Shown here: piece after piece, positions 37,876-51,455 of the stretch
Layout of the letters: each line of letters begins with the position of its first letter
Position numbering within the stretch: the stretch's first letter is position 1
Made by a program: the position numbers and the translations under genes
Notes under the pieces: model-generated
Databases searched by the model: none
The model's input: only the letters and a program-made list of their open reading frames with translations
What the model was told of the DNA's origin: nothing
Source of the DNA: Octopus sinensis
Taxonomy: Eukaryota
Length of the DNA: 64,000 nt
Reading direction: 5' to 3'
Assembly (NCBI RefSeq): GCF_006345805.1
Contig: NC_043011.1
Location: 64,740,464-64,804,463, forward strand

Positions 37876-37976
37876 CTGTGATGTTATTGAATTTTGATAT
37901 AAAAAACAAGACACATTACACTTCCGGTATTCGAGTAATTTTTTTCTACATCGATTTGCGTTTACGTACTTACTCG

Positions 37977-38008
<32 letters not shown>

Positions 38009-38268
38009 AGTGTGTGTGTTTGTGTGTTTGTGTGTGTGTGTCTGTATGTATGTGTTTGTGTGTGTGTGTCTGTGTGTGTGTGTTTGTGTGTGTGGGGGCG
38101 GGGGTGTAAAATGTGCTGAAATCTATAGTCACTACCATGCAGAAGAAATTGAAAGAAAAAGAGCAAAACTATGAATGGGTCATCTAGAAAATTGTAATTT
38201 GTACTGAGGTTCAATGCATAACTTTTTTTTGCTGGAAAGAATGTCATGGAAGCTTATTGTTTAAATTG
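37308..38268. repeat. Inverted duplication (~220 bp arms) abutting a Penelope-like insertion
   Basis: 37308-37530 and 38030-38268 are near-identical reverse complements; the ORF track shows mirrored MTFFPAKK...FQHILH on both strands. Confidence 0.9.
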
Positions 38269-38269
38269 G

Positions 38270-40120
38270 AACGTCTAGGAAATTGACAACCGTCAGGTGA
38301 GTATTTATAGCTATACTAAGTCCGAAGTATTTCATTAATCGGATAATATCCTTCCTAAAACGATCCTGTGCTGGTCCATTTGTATTATCGATTAAAGCGA
38401 GGGAATCATCTTTGTAGATACTAACCTGACGGTTGTCAATTTCATAGACGTTTCCTTAGATCTAAATAAGAATATTTATAAGCCTTATGGGAAGCCCAAA
38501 GATAGACTTAGTTATATTAATCTAGGTCCATGCCATCCCCCCATAGTATTTAAAAAATTAGTTTAAAATATTAGTAAGAGAATTTCTAGCCTCTCCTCCG
38601 ATAAGGACATTTTTAATAGCGTTGCCCCAGTTTACAAGGCTTTAAATGATAGTGGTTTTAGCGAAAAAATAAAATATACACCTGTTTCTAGCCCAACAGT
38701 AAAGAAGGGGAAAATACAAATAGGAATATCATCTGGTTTACACCCCCTTACTCACCCGAGGTGACCTTCAATATAGGTAAATATCTCTTAACACTGATAG
38801 ATAGACATTTTCCAGTTATCCATACCTATAGGAAACTCTTCAATAAACACAATTTAAAAATTAGTTTTAGTTCTACTACCAATTTTAAAAATATAATCAC
38901 ACATAACACACAAAAACCACAAGAAAACAGCTGTTCATGCAGGAATAAAAAATGTGTGCCCGCTAAATAGAGCTTGCATGTCCGAGACCATCATCTATGA
39001 AGCTACCGTGGACTCTATAACCACTAAAAAAAACGTTTTGACGAAGAAATACATGAGCCTTACATAGGGTAAATTCAAGGCCAGGTTCAATACCCACACC
39101 TTGAGATTTAGGCACTGGAACAAAAGAAAAGCAACAAAATTATCTAATCATATTTTGTCTTTAAAAGATAAAGGTGTCGATTATAACATCCATTGGAAGA
39201 TTTTGGCCAAATGTAAGCCCTACACCAACGGCAGCGGAAGGTGCGGTCTATACGACGTGGAGAGATGGCTTATCTGGAAAAGCAGCTTAGACCCTACTAC
39301 ATGTCTAAACTCAATGACAGAACTTTTCGGATCATGCCCATATGTGACTAAATTTTTGTGACGTTTTTGTTCCCCTAAAGAAAACAGATAGAACTTGCTT
39401 TATATATTATATCCCAAAAAGTTTTTTTATCTCATTATACCTTTTATTATTTCATATATTTTTTATATTTTCACACATAGTAATTTTTTCTGTACTCTTC
39501 TATCCTGCATTTTTTCCTGTGCCTATATAGACGTGTATATAGATTCATTTGTACACGTGTGTGAATATGTATGAGTGGGCAGTTTTAGATGTGTGCGTGT
39601 GTGCGGGCATAAGGATGCATATATATATATATATATACGTTTTTACTTAGTATTTTCCCTGGGGGGGCATATGTATATTCATTTTTTTGTATATGCGTTT
39701 GTATGTATGCGTATATAAATATGGGCGTGTTTGTGTATGAGTGCATAGAGGCATGTCCGTATATGAAAGTGGTTTTTATGCTTTGTATACTTCCTTATGT
39801 CTTTTTCTGTTACCTTTAACCATGGATTTTCTTGTGCTTGTGCATATATAGACGTATGTATGAACTTTTACGGTACGCATGTGTGTGTATGAGTTTGTAT
39901 ATATATATGCGTATATATTTGGCGAAAAATGCGAGTGAAGATGTGTATGTTTTCATAGTGACGTATAAGTACGCACGTGGGTTCGCGAGCAGAATTATAA
40001 TACAGTAATTTCCCTTTATATAAGGGTATTTTTTCATAGCGTTTTTCAGATGGCCAGATAACCGAAGAGATGGTGTTGTGGATTTCCACTTCGGCATCTG
40101 AAACTCAGAGTTTTATCTTG
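38270..40120 (+). mobile_element. 5'-truncated Penelope-like element with inverted 5' segment, GIY-YIG end and 3' terminal region
   Basis: Minus strand 38270-38450: IYKDDSLAL...VVNFLDV. Plus strand: NLTVVNFIDVSLDL...HPP, FNIGKYLLTLIDRHFP...CSCRNK, TKLSNHILSLK...IHWKIL...CLNSMTELFGSC. Confidence 0.85.
40057..40117 (+). ncRNA. Hammerhead-ribozyme-like motif (minimal type I) at the 3' end of the Penelope-like element; probably inactive
   Basis: Stem I GATAA/TTATC, core CCGAAGA (U4 replaced by C), stem II GATG..CATC, GAAA, stem III CTC-A-GAG, then UH. Confidence 0.5.
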
Positions 40121-41485
40121 ACTATTGAGTAAATGTAACATATTATTTTATAGATAAATTTCCTCTTTTTACATAATATTGAGGTCTCTTTCTTTCTTTT
40201 GTTATATGGATTTTAACTAACTGAAACTAATAATTGATAGCTGTTGCTTGTTAAGGTTGCCTCTGCAGATTTTTTATTGAAGTTGTTGTCAATGCTTATT
40301 TGTTACGACGTTTTGTATCCGAATACGTCTAATGTAAACTACAATGCAATAGGAAACGTGAAAACAATTGGCTACTGGCTATACCTTCTGTAGAATACCT
40401 GTAGAGTTAAACGCAACACGTAATTTCCTAGCACTTCTAGCACATTAGAACCCACAATTCTCTCATAGAGATTTAAACAAAACAACGTTGTCTCTCCATG
40501 TCACTAGGTTACTAATTGCTGATGAGGTGTGTGAATACATAGAATCAGATGATCAAGCATTCCACCACCGGAGCAGGAAAATTTTCATTCGTCACTGACA
40601 CATCTGTGAATTTTAGCCTCTAGATGTCTACAAAAGATGTTTTCTGAACCCAAGTACCGAGGATTTACGGTGATATGAAATAATAACTACGTCGAATTGG
40701 ATATACAAATAGGATAATTCATGCTTTGTTTTCTTATTTAAATCGGAACGAATCGCTAATTGCCATTTCATGTTGTATTACGACCTAAATATCTGTTTCT
40801 TATTGATTTTTGTGGTTAGTATAGAAACACGGTGACTGGAATGGCTTAATGAAACATTATACACACGTGCGCACACGCATACAAAACACACACACACATA
40901 CACAGGTACACAGAAACGTACATATACGGGTAGCAGTGAATGAACTGTTGTCTAAATTTCGTAAAAAGGATAACACAGATATCTCATTTAAAAATGCAAT
41001 GTTTTAACCAAAATACATGGAAATATCTTGCAATACTAACGAGCAAGTTTATTCAATAATATTTTGCGTATTTTGCGTACAATTGTCCTGCATCCGTCCA
41101 TCAGGAGTCGCGTTTCGGATTCTATTAATTTCTTATGTCCAGTAATGTATTCCGTATTCAAACTTCTCCGCTCGCCTGTGACATTTTTTTTTTAGATATA
41201 TTTTGGTTACGTTCCCAAAAAGTTCTCTTGCACACTGGAACGAAGGAGTAATAAATTGTATCGATACTGGCAAGAAATTGTGCCCGACACACTCTACGGT
41301 AAAATTTGATGAGCAGCAATGGGGTGCTGTTGGCACTAGATGAAGATATATACAAGAAGATAACAAGGAGTAGCACTGAACAGGGAACCACAAGTTTAGG
41401 TAGCAAACTACTTCCCACGCCGTCTTGTCTGGTGTGTGTGTGCAGCTCTCTCTGTATATACATATATATGTATGTATATATATAT

Positions 41486-41559
<74 letters not shown>

Positions 41560-41595
41560 TATATTTTATGTATGGATATTTATGTATATGTATAC

Positions 41596-41629
<34 letters not shown>

Positions 41630-41689
41630 ATGGTGGTGCCGCAGCATGGCCACAGCTCATGAGCTGAAACTAGAAAAAATTAAAAAAAA

Positions 41690-41726
<37 letters not shown>

Positions 41727-41930
41727 GTTATTCCTAACATGAAATCACAAAGAGGAGATACAACAAATCGAGGACGTGGAAGAAGTATACTGTTAGTAGA
41801 CGCTCAGGAAAGGAAAGACAGAAGGAGGATATAACGTTTCGAGCGGAGACCTTCGTCAGAAACATAAAGGAAAGAACCAAGGAAAGGAAAACGGAGGAGA
41901 AAATCGCCAACGATACACACGCGGTCACAT

Positions 41931-41969
<39 letters not shown>

Positions 41970-42027
41970 GCATATATGTACATATCTTTATAGATACACA
42001 TATGTACACATGCATACGTACATACAT

Positions 42028-42064
<37 letters not shown>

Positions 42065-42102
42065 ATGTGTGTGTTCAAATATATTTGTATATACATGCAT
42101 AG

Positions 42103-42135
<33 letters not shown>

Positions 42136-42639
42136 AATCCATAGGCTTACACATACACACGCACTCACGTGCACCCCTATATTTGCGTGTGTGCATTGGC
42201 GCCTTGATATATGTGCGCCATTTTTAGCATATTTAAGAAGAAACGAATAACATAAACGTCATTCGATCATAATGTCGTACTTCACAATAAAAAACAAGTG
42301 AATACAAACATTTTTTATTGTATTTTAATGAAGCAAACACCTGTTTCCTGATATTAAACTCTAAAATGACAAACTCTTACTGTTTCGCTAATACATCATC
42401 AACTGGCATTGTGTCTAAGCAGTAATTTCTATTCTCTGCTGAGATGTTCTTTCATAAACTAGCCTTCAGAAGTTAGTGATACATTGTAACGTGAGAATAT
42501 AATACCAAAAGTGAAGAGAAAGAAAATCCTATGACAGCTTTAGCCTACCTAAGAAAATAGAAACAAATACAAGTTTAATTTTTGTAAGAATTTTTTCTCA
42601 AGAAATTTACGTAGAAAGCTACTAAATCCATTCTTGATC

Positions 42640-43440
42640 TTTTTTCGGACTGTCCTGTCTATTATGCCACGGAGATATCCAATAGGTCTCACATTTGGTA
42701 AATAGCTTACGCAGGGAATATTTTAATGTCATTCTACAATATGGATACATATTTATATGGGTTTATGTTTCCACCACACTCCAGTATCTATCATTGTCCA
42801 TTGCACCAAAGTGCGCCCCACAACATCACAGAATAGCTACCTTGTTTCATCGCTGGCAGCAAAATTTTCCGTCAAATTCATCACAGCCTCTCTAGAACCA
42901 TACATAACCACTGTCAGAAAAATCAACGAATCTGGATTTATCAGAGAAAATGGTACTGTTCCAAAATGCTAACTGCCATTCCATCATTACACTGACCCAA
43001 TGTTTTCTCCAATTCTTATTGGCTGTTTATAGATGTAGGTTCCGTCTCGATTCTCTACCAGACTAGCCACGTTTGTGGAGAAACCAGACACCTCTTCTTG
43101 GACGGATATCAATTTGTTCTGCTATTTCAAAGGCACTACAATGATGATTTTCCGCGAAACTTAACTTAACAAAGCAACGGGTCCTGTCAGAGGGCCCTGG
43201 GCGACCTGTGCACGGTAATGTGAACATCTTACCCTCACTGGTGAAATTTACAATCACCCTATTAACTGTAAAAGGCGGGATCCTAAGGTTCTTTTGCGAT
43301 TTCACGCTGAGACAGCCTTTATGTTGACCCACAATGGGGCCTCTTTGAAATTTGAAGAATTCCAATTCTCCTTTTGTAATTTGCATGATTAAACAGTCAC
43401 AGATAGAACCTGAAGCAAAGAAAACTTCATGAATAGAAAC
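42640..43440 (-). mobile_element. Decayed Tc1-like transposase
   Basis: FQRGPIVGQHKG...LRIPPFTVNRVIVNFTSEG...TGRPGPSDR...SAFEIAEQ (paired-type HTH), followed by degenerate DDE-region frames. Confidence 0.75.
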
Positions 43441-43514
43441 TATGAACCCTTTCAAAATAAAAATAAAACAATGTTTTATGCGTTGTCTATTTAGTTCTGC
43501 CATGTCTGCGTGTA

Positions 43515-43572
<58 letters not shown>

Positions 43573-43645
43573 ATTAGGGAGTAAATCCAAACTTACTGGG
43601 AAACATTAGATTTAGGATTAAATCCAATTTTATAATATAAATATA

Positions 43646-45103
43646 CAATTGCAGCGTGGAAGGTGTTTATAAGCCATTTAAGAAACACACAAAAGCCGTT
43701 CGATTCACTCCAACATTTAAGTTTAATTTGTCAAAATATTTTCGTCGCTAAAATCCGCGACCTGTTCACTGACAAAGTCCGTGCTGCATCTAAGAAAGTA
43801 ACCGTTAGTTCGTCATATATATGTACGTATATATCTGTGTATGTATGCATACATGTGTGTATGTATGTACGTATGCATGTACGCACATACGCCTGTGTAT
43901 GCATGTATGTATGTATGTATGTATGTATGTATGTATATATGTATGTGTGTGTATAAGCAGGCACATACACTCTATAAAACATAAAGTTATAAACCTGTAG
44001 CGATGGATGGATGTAGAGTGACCACTCATCACAACGCTATCAAATTTCAACTCCCTACGGCCGAGGCTAGAAAGTGAATTTATGACGCTTGCTCACAAGA
44101 ACTATACCCTAAAATCTATTATCAGATTTTTATCTCTATAATCACAGAACTAATGTTTTACTATTGTTCGTATGTATGTATGTATGTGCGTATTATGTAT
44201 GTATGTATGTATGTATGTATGGATGTATGTATGTATGTGTGTATGTACATACGTACGCATGTGCGTATGTATGTATATACGCGCTCGTATGCATGTGCCC
44301 ATGTATGTGTGTGCGTACATGTACGTGCGTATGTACGTGTGTATGCCCATACGTAGGTATGTATGTATGTTTGTATTCATGTGCTACGTATGTATGTGAG
44401 TGTCTAGGAGAATGGGTAGATGTGTCCGTGAGAGTGTGTACGTATGTATGTGTATGTGAACGTATGTCCGTGTACTGGCATGTGTCCGTCCAAGTTGTGT
44501 ATTCTTGTATACAAACCTACTCTCAACCGAAAGTCCGAATGGAATAACATCCAGAACCCATTCAAAAGGACTATTCTATACCCCCTCTCTCTCTCTCCCT
44601 TTCACCTGTAGTCCTTACATACAGGTTGCAATGCGTATGTGCAGTTATATACAACGGTATGAGCAGACGTTGTTTGATACGAACAGTTGCACCTAGGCGT
44701 TGTATCCATTCGCGGTTAGACGATGATGAGAGGAACAAACACACACCCACACACATATATATATATATGTGTGCGTCTATACAAACATATATGTAAATAT
44801 GTATACAACCTTCAGCAAAGTAACAGTCATGTACACAACTTGGACGGACACATGCCAGTACACGGACATACGTTCACATACACATACACATGTACACACT
44901 CTCACGGACACATCTACCCATTCTCCTAGACACTCACATACATACGTAGCACATGAATACAAACATATATACATACCTACGTATGGGCATACACACGTAC
45001 ATACGCACGTACATGTACGCACACACATACATGGGCACATGCATACGAGCGCGTATACATACATACGCACATGCGTACGTAAGTACATACACACATACAT
45101 ACA

Positions 45104-45137
<34 letters not shown>

Positions 45138-45765
45138 CATACGCACATACATACATACATACGAACAATAGTAAAACGTTAGTTCTGTGATATAGAGATA
45201 AAAACCTGATAATAGATTTTAGGGTATAGTTCTTGTGAGCAAGCGTCATAAATTCACTTTCTAGCCTCGGCCGTAGGGAGTTGAAATTTGATAGCGTTGT
45301 GATGAGTGGTCACTCTACATCCATCCATCGCTACAGGTTTATAACTCTATGTTTTCTAGAGTGTATGTGCGTGCTTATACACACACATACATATATACAT
45401 ACATACATACCTACATACATACATAAATACATACATACATACATACATACATGCATACACAGGCGTATGTGCGTACATGCATACGTACATACATACACAC
45501 ATGTATGCATACATACAAACATACATACGTACATATATATGACGAACTAACTGTTACTTTCTTAGATGCAGCACGGACTTTGTCAGTGAACAGGTCGCGG
45601 ATTTTAGCGACGAAAATATTTTGACAAATTAAACGTAAATGTTGGAGTGAATCGAACGGCTTTTGTGTGTTTCTTAAATGGCTTATAAACACCTTCCACG
45701 CTGCAATTGTTCTCGTTTCAGCACACGATCTCAGATCAAATTACTTGCTATGCGAGTACATCTCC
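43646..45765. mobile_element. ~2.1 kb non-coding foldback element with ~850 bp inverted arms
   Basis: 43646-~44500 is the reverse complement of ~44833-45709, including internal (TATG)n tracts; no real ORF. Confidence 0.88.
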
Positions 45766-45783
45766 GTAATATAAATATATATT

Positions 45784-45975
45784 ATATTAAATTAGAGATA
45801 AAACCACTATTAGGCAAATCAAACAGTGAAAATCATAAGCCAATAATAGAAAAACTTAATTAAAAAAACATAAAATATAAATATAAAAAATATAAAATTG
45901 AAAATTGAAAATTAAAATTCTTAAATTAAAGTTAAAATTTTAAAAATTATTTAAATAATTAAAACATATGAATTT

Positions 45976-46051
<76 letters not shown>

Positions 46052-46768
46052 ATTGTTATTTTATTATTTTATCATTTTATTTAATTTAATTTTTTTTTGT
46101 AAATAATATAACAATCAAAAAATATTAAAAGTTTAATATAAGAGAAATAGTAAAAACACTAATATAGTTTCATGCCCGTAACCAATTCGAATAACCGTAA
46201 TTTAAATTCAATTAATAATTCGAATTATGGTTACAGTCAATCTTCAGGTTAATTGTAATATTTTAATAAGGAAACAGAAATATTTAAACAATATTTTTAA
46301 GAAATAAATAATATAATAATTTTACTTAAAAAAAATGTATTATCAAATTAGAAACTTAACGATTATGATGAAATGAAAACATCAATTATAATGTTAAATA
46401 TTAATTTTAATTTTTAAGTATTATTTTTTTAAGGTAAGAAACCCACCAATAATCTAATATCAGTAATAGTCAATATCTAATTACATAAATATTTTACAAC
46501 AAAACTTTTATATTATTAAAAATATAAAATTTATATAATATATAAATTTTTAATGAAATATATAAATGTATATAAATATTATAATTAAGATCTAAAATAA
46601 TCTCTATAAATATATATATGCACATAAAATAATTATTTGAATTTCGAATTTTATATTTTATATTTTTATATTTATATTTTATATTTTTAATTAATTTTTT
46701 TCTATGTATTGGCTTATGATTTTCACTGTTTGATTTGCCTAATGGTGATTTTATCTATAATTTAATAT
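45784..46768. repeat. Extremely AT-rich segment bounded by ~120 bp inverted repeats
   Basis: 45784-45900 matches the reverse complement of 46646-46768 (attaggcaaatcaaacagtgaaaatcataagccaata). Confidence 0.7.
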
Positions 46769-47095
46769 CTCATTGGCTAAATAATATCTTACAGAAATCT
46801 TATATGTAAAATACTTAAAGAAATAATCAATTCGTAGTTATATAGTATCAAATAAATACAATAAATATATTTATCAATGGGAATAATAAATCTAGCAAAT
46901 ATCAATTTAAAAAGACAATAGATAAGTTAAAATAATAATTATAAGAAATTTAAAACTACAAGTAATTCTATTAATACATGTATATACATAGACCTAACTT
47001 CAAACAAATCGTATAATTGCTATCAAACAACATATCTATCGATAAGTAAATTCTTACGAATGAACTTAAAGTTAATATGTAATAATTATAAAGAA

Positions 47096-47196
47096 GATTA
47101 CGATAACTAGATCATTACATAAACAACAATATTTACATAAAAAACAATATTATTACACCATAAGACTTATAAAATATTAAAATTAAAAGATCTTAA

Positions 47197-47227
<31 letters not shown>

Positions 47228-47355
47228 CTTAGCTTAGCGAGGTTTATGTAAGAAAATTACGATAATTAGATCATTATATAAACAACGATATTTACATAAA
47301 TAACAATATTATTACACCATAAGTCTTATAAAATATTACAATTAAAAGATCTTAA

Positions 47356-47409
<54 letters not shown>

Positions 47410-47531
47410 TTAGCTTAGCGAGGTTTTTGTAAGAAAATTACGATAATTAGATCATTATATAAACAACGATATTTACATAAATAACAATATTATTACACCA
47501 TAAGACTTATAAAATATTTCAATTAAAATAT

Positions 47532-47589
<58 letters not shown>

Positions 47590-47714
47590 CTTAGCTTAGC
47601 GAGGTTTTTGTAAGAAAATTACGATAATTAGATCATTACATAAACAACGATATTTACATAAATAACAATATTATTACACCATAAGACTTATAAAATATTA
47701 CAATTAAAAGATCT

Positions 47715-47769
<55 letters not shown>

Positions 47770-47895
47770 TTAGCTTAGCGAGGTTTTTGTAAGAAAATTA
47801 CGATAATTAGATCATTACGTAAAAAACGATATTTACATAAATAACAATATTATTACACCATAAGTCTTATACAATATTAAAATTCAAAGATCTTA
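47096..47895 (+). repeat. Tandem array of ~4.5 units of ~180 bp, each carrying a (TA)n tract
   Basis: acttagcttagcgaggttt starts at 47227, 47408, 47589 and 47768 (spacings 181, 181, 179). Confidence 0.9.
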
Positions 47896-48960
47896 ATTCC
47901 CAAATCAAATGAGACAGCAAAACCAGAAGACTACAGACCAATAACCTGCCTCCCTACAATGTACAAGGCATTTAAAGCAGTGATATCGGAAAGGTTGAAC
48001 AAGCACCTGTTCGAAAACACCTGTTTCCAGAAGAGCAGAAAGGATGCCGCAAAGGTTCATATGGCTGGAAAGATCAACTAATGATTAATAAAGCCGTAAC
48101 TGAAGACAGCCACAGAAAGAAGAAAGGCCTCAGTATGGCTTGGATCGACTACAAAAAGGCGTTTGATAGCATCCCCCACACATGGATCCTAGAAACACTA
48201 GCCATTAACAAAGTAGCACCAACAAACATAAAATTCATAGGACAATCTATGAATAAGTGGCAAACAGTGCTACAGCTCCAAACAAAAGAGGGACTCATGA
48301 AAACCAAAGCCATCCCCAGTAGAAAAGGAATATTCCAGGGAGACACGCTCTCTCCACTCCTTTTCTGCTTGGCACTGTCACCTCTATCTGATATGCTAAA
48401 TAGAATTGGATGCGGATATAAATGTTACGGCAAAACGATCAGCCACATTTTATATATGGATGACCTAAAACTATACGCTGCAAATGGCAAACAGCTGAAA
48501 ACACTATTAAAGGCAGTTGATGGATTTACCAAAGAAATAGATTTGAAATTGGATTAGAAAAATGCGCCAAAGTAACCCTGAAAAGAGGAAAACTAGTTAA
48601 TAGTAGCAACATCACACTAGATAAAACCAATGAAATAAAAGAATTAGACCAAAGCCAAAGTTACAAATACTTAGGAATCCATGAAATAGATAAGACACAA
48701 CACACACAAATGAAAGAGAAGGTAAAAAAATAATATTCTAGACGAGTTACATCAATACTAAAACAGAACTCAATGCTTGAAACAAGATAATAGGTATTAA
48801 CACTTTATCTGTCCCAGTTATAAGTTACAGCTACAATATCCTTAACTGGACACTAAATGAACTGACCAAAATAGATAGGAAAACAAGAAAAATAATGACA
48901 GTGTCTAGGATGCAACACCCAAAATCTGACATAGAAAAACTATATATAGAACGTATAGAA
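47891..48960 (+). mobile_element. R4/Dong-like non-LTR retrotransposon RT fragment
   Basis: [67 protein letters not shown]. Confidence 0.88.
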
Positions 48961-48964
48961 GTTG

Positions 48965-49480
48965 ACAGATGTCCTTTACAGATAGACATGCACGGGATTT
49001 ACTAGAGAGCATTTCTGAAATAGAGGAAATTGGACTCGACTCCCTGGAGAGAAGACGTGAGCGACATGAAGTGTTAAACATACGGATAATAATGGTGGAT
49101 CGAATTTTGGAATCGAAAGCTATAACAATCCCCGAACTGATCGGCACTGCAGAGTACCGAAGGTCCCGTCTTTCTCCATCGAGGATACAAACCCAATGTT
49201 GTAGTAGCATGGGATTCAAGGGACCACGATTTTTAATGCCCTACCACAGAACATCGTTGATCGTCGATGTGTGGACACAGAAGTCTTCAAAATGCCTCTA
49301 GACAGTAGCTTTTTATCTGCAGAACCGGATGAACCCACAAGGCGGCAGGAATCACTAAGAAGAACGGCAACGTCCAACTCGCTACTTCACCAGAAGCAAT
49401 ACTAAAAAAAATCGTTGGATGTTGTAAAGGCCCTACACCAGCATGGCTTCAGCCACCGGCTGAAACCGGTACGATGTGAA
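48965..49480 (+). mobile_element. Decayed CR1 3' fragment
   Basis: LDSLERRRER, MGFKGPRF, PDEPTRRQ, ATSNSLL and a ccagcatggc tail; homologous to 29765-30200. Confidence 0.7.
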
Positions 49481-50699
49481 ACATAATAGATAAAAGATAT
49501 ATAACTGTGCGTGGGTGTGTGTGCTTGTGCAAATACCTGTGTAGTATCTCTGTGTGTGTGTATTAATGTATGTGCATACGTGTGTCTGTGTGTAAATGTA
49601 ATTCTCTGCATGTATGTGTGTATACATCCCTTTTTATGTATATGTATATATCTCAAAACTATCATATTCTAATACATGATGGCTATTATTTTGCCAATGA
49701 ATAATGGACCATATATTTAATTCTTCATGTCAACATTAGAACCACTGTTCTCGTTTCTTTGTCGACATTGTTTATTGACACATACTGTCACATGTTTAGC
49801 AACTCTCTATTCCACGTTTACCGTCTCTTTCTACTTATTCCATTTTGCCTTTGTGAGCACATAGTACATGCCACACACAATCATGGCATCAGTATAAGTA
49901 GAAGAATAGGAACCACTTAGGATAATCAGAAGCCGTCAAAAAAGTGTGAGTAAAAGAGCTTAGACGAAGAAACTAAGATATTAGTAATAAACTGAAGTGA
50001 ACACCAAATACAAAGCGCGTTTATTTAATTGGCAATATATGACCAAACACAAGTATAATAATATATGTTACAACAGACGATTTCATATCAAGTGTCTTGC
50101 ATAACAAATACATAAATGTAAATAACCATTACGCTTTTATCTCTGATTGTTTAAACCTTGTTAGGTTTCATGAAACACTGATCAACTTAAAATATTTTAT
50201 TCAGGTAAGAAATATATTTTCCGTCAACTTAAGTAAAAAATACAAGAAATAATATTTTCGTTATAAAATCAGCAAATATAAACTTCGTCTGCGTGTGTGT
50301 GTGTATTGGTATCTTCTCATTATGGGGTGCAATTCCTATTGTGATTTTTGTTATTTATTTCCTTCTGTTTTTTTTTCTTTCTGACAATACGAAAGGCGTT
50401 TATATCTCCATCACGACTTAAATCTTGAAAGTCTGTTGTTTTATTTATTTCAGCAGTTTTTGTACTTACTTTGGTATTCTTTATTTTGTCAAAATAATTA
50501 TATGCGACCATTTGTAACAATCTCATAATATCGCATTTAATGATATATGTCTGTATGGATATACGTATGTATGTGTGTATGTATGCGCTTTTCTTCACAT
50601 GTATATGCATGAATCGAAATATGAATTTGTACAAACGTATATCTATGTGATTGTGCATATGCATATTTATACGGGTATGGATGTGCATATGAAGATTGC

Positions 50700-50771
<72 letters not shown>

Positions 50772-51075
50772 AATGTATATATATATACATGTACATACAT
50801 ATATATATGTATATACTTTTATACGCATATACATATGCGTGTATATATATATATGTGTATATGTATATATAAATATATATATATATATTATGCACACATA
50901 CGTACACAAGTATATACGTCTGTGCGTTTGTATGTGTATGTAAATGTGTGCATGCATATATGTGCTTGTATATATGTGTGTATGACCATTCACACTTGTA
51001 TATATGAATTTGTTTTCGTAGTATATGTTTCTAAAAAATGTACTAATATGTATATATATATATATATATATTATA

Positions 51076-51164
<89 letters not shown>

Positions 51165-51167
<3 letters not shown>

Positions 51168-51392
51168 GAGGCGCAATGCCCTAGTGGTTAGGGCAGCGGA
51201 CTCGCAGTCGCAGGATCGCGGTTTCGATTCTCAGACTGGGCGTTGTGTGTGTTTATTGAGCGAAAACACCTAAAAGCTCTACGAGGCTCCGGCAGGGGGT
51301 GGTGATCCCTGCTGTACTCTTTCACCACAATGGCGGTGCCCCAGCATGGCCACACCTCAAGAGCTGAAACTGGAAAAAACAAAATCAAAAAA

Positions 51393-51395
<3 letters not shown>
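51165..51395 (+). mobile_element. tRNA-derived SINE with a CR1-like 3' tail
   Basis: Head gaggcgcaatgccctagtggttagg...ggtttcgatt; tail ggcggtgccccagcatggcc...gctgaaac and an A-rich end. Confidence 0.8.

Positions 51396-51455
<60 letters not shown>

Noticed and set aside
47096-47895. Regular repeat array considered as CRISPR-like or a mitochondrial control-region NUMT
   Set aside because: Units are whole tandem copies with no unique spacers, the context is eukaryotic, and no mitochondrial genes or tRNAs are recognisable nearby.
50440-50560. Possible 81 nt minus-strand exon (TYIIKCDIMRLLQMVAYNYFDKIKNTK|gtaagt)
   Set aside because: Isolated, weak acceptor, no partner exons or homology.
51165-51240. 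tRNA-like sequences at the SINE heads (also 56051, 35563, 53833)
   Set aside because: They have A/B boxes but no complete cloverleaf and continue into SINE bodies, so they are not tRNA genes.
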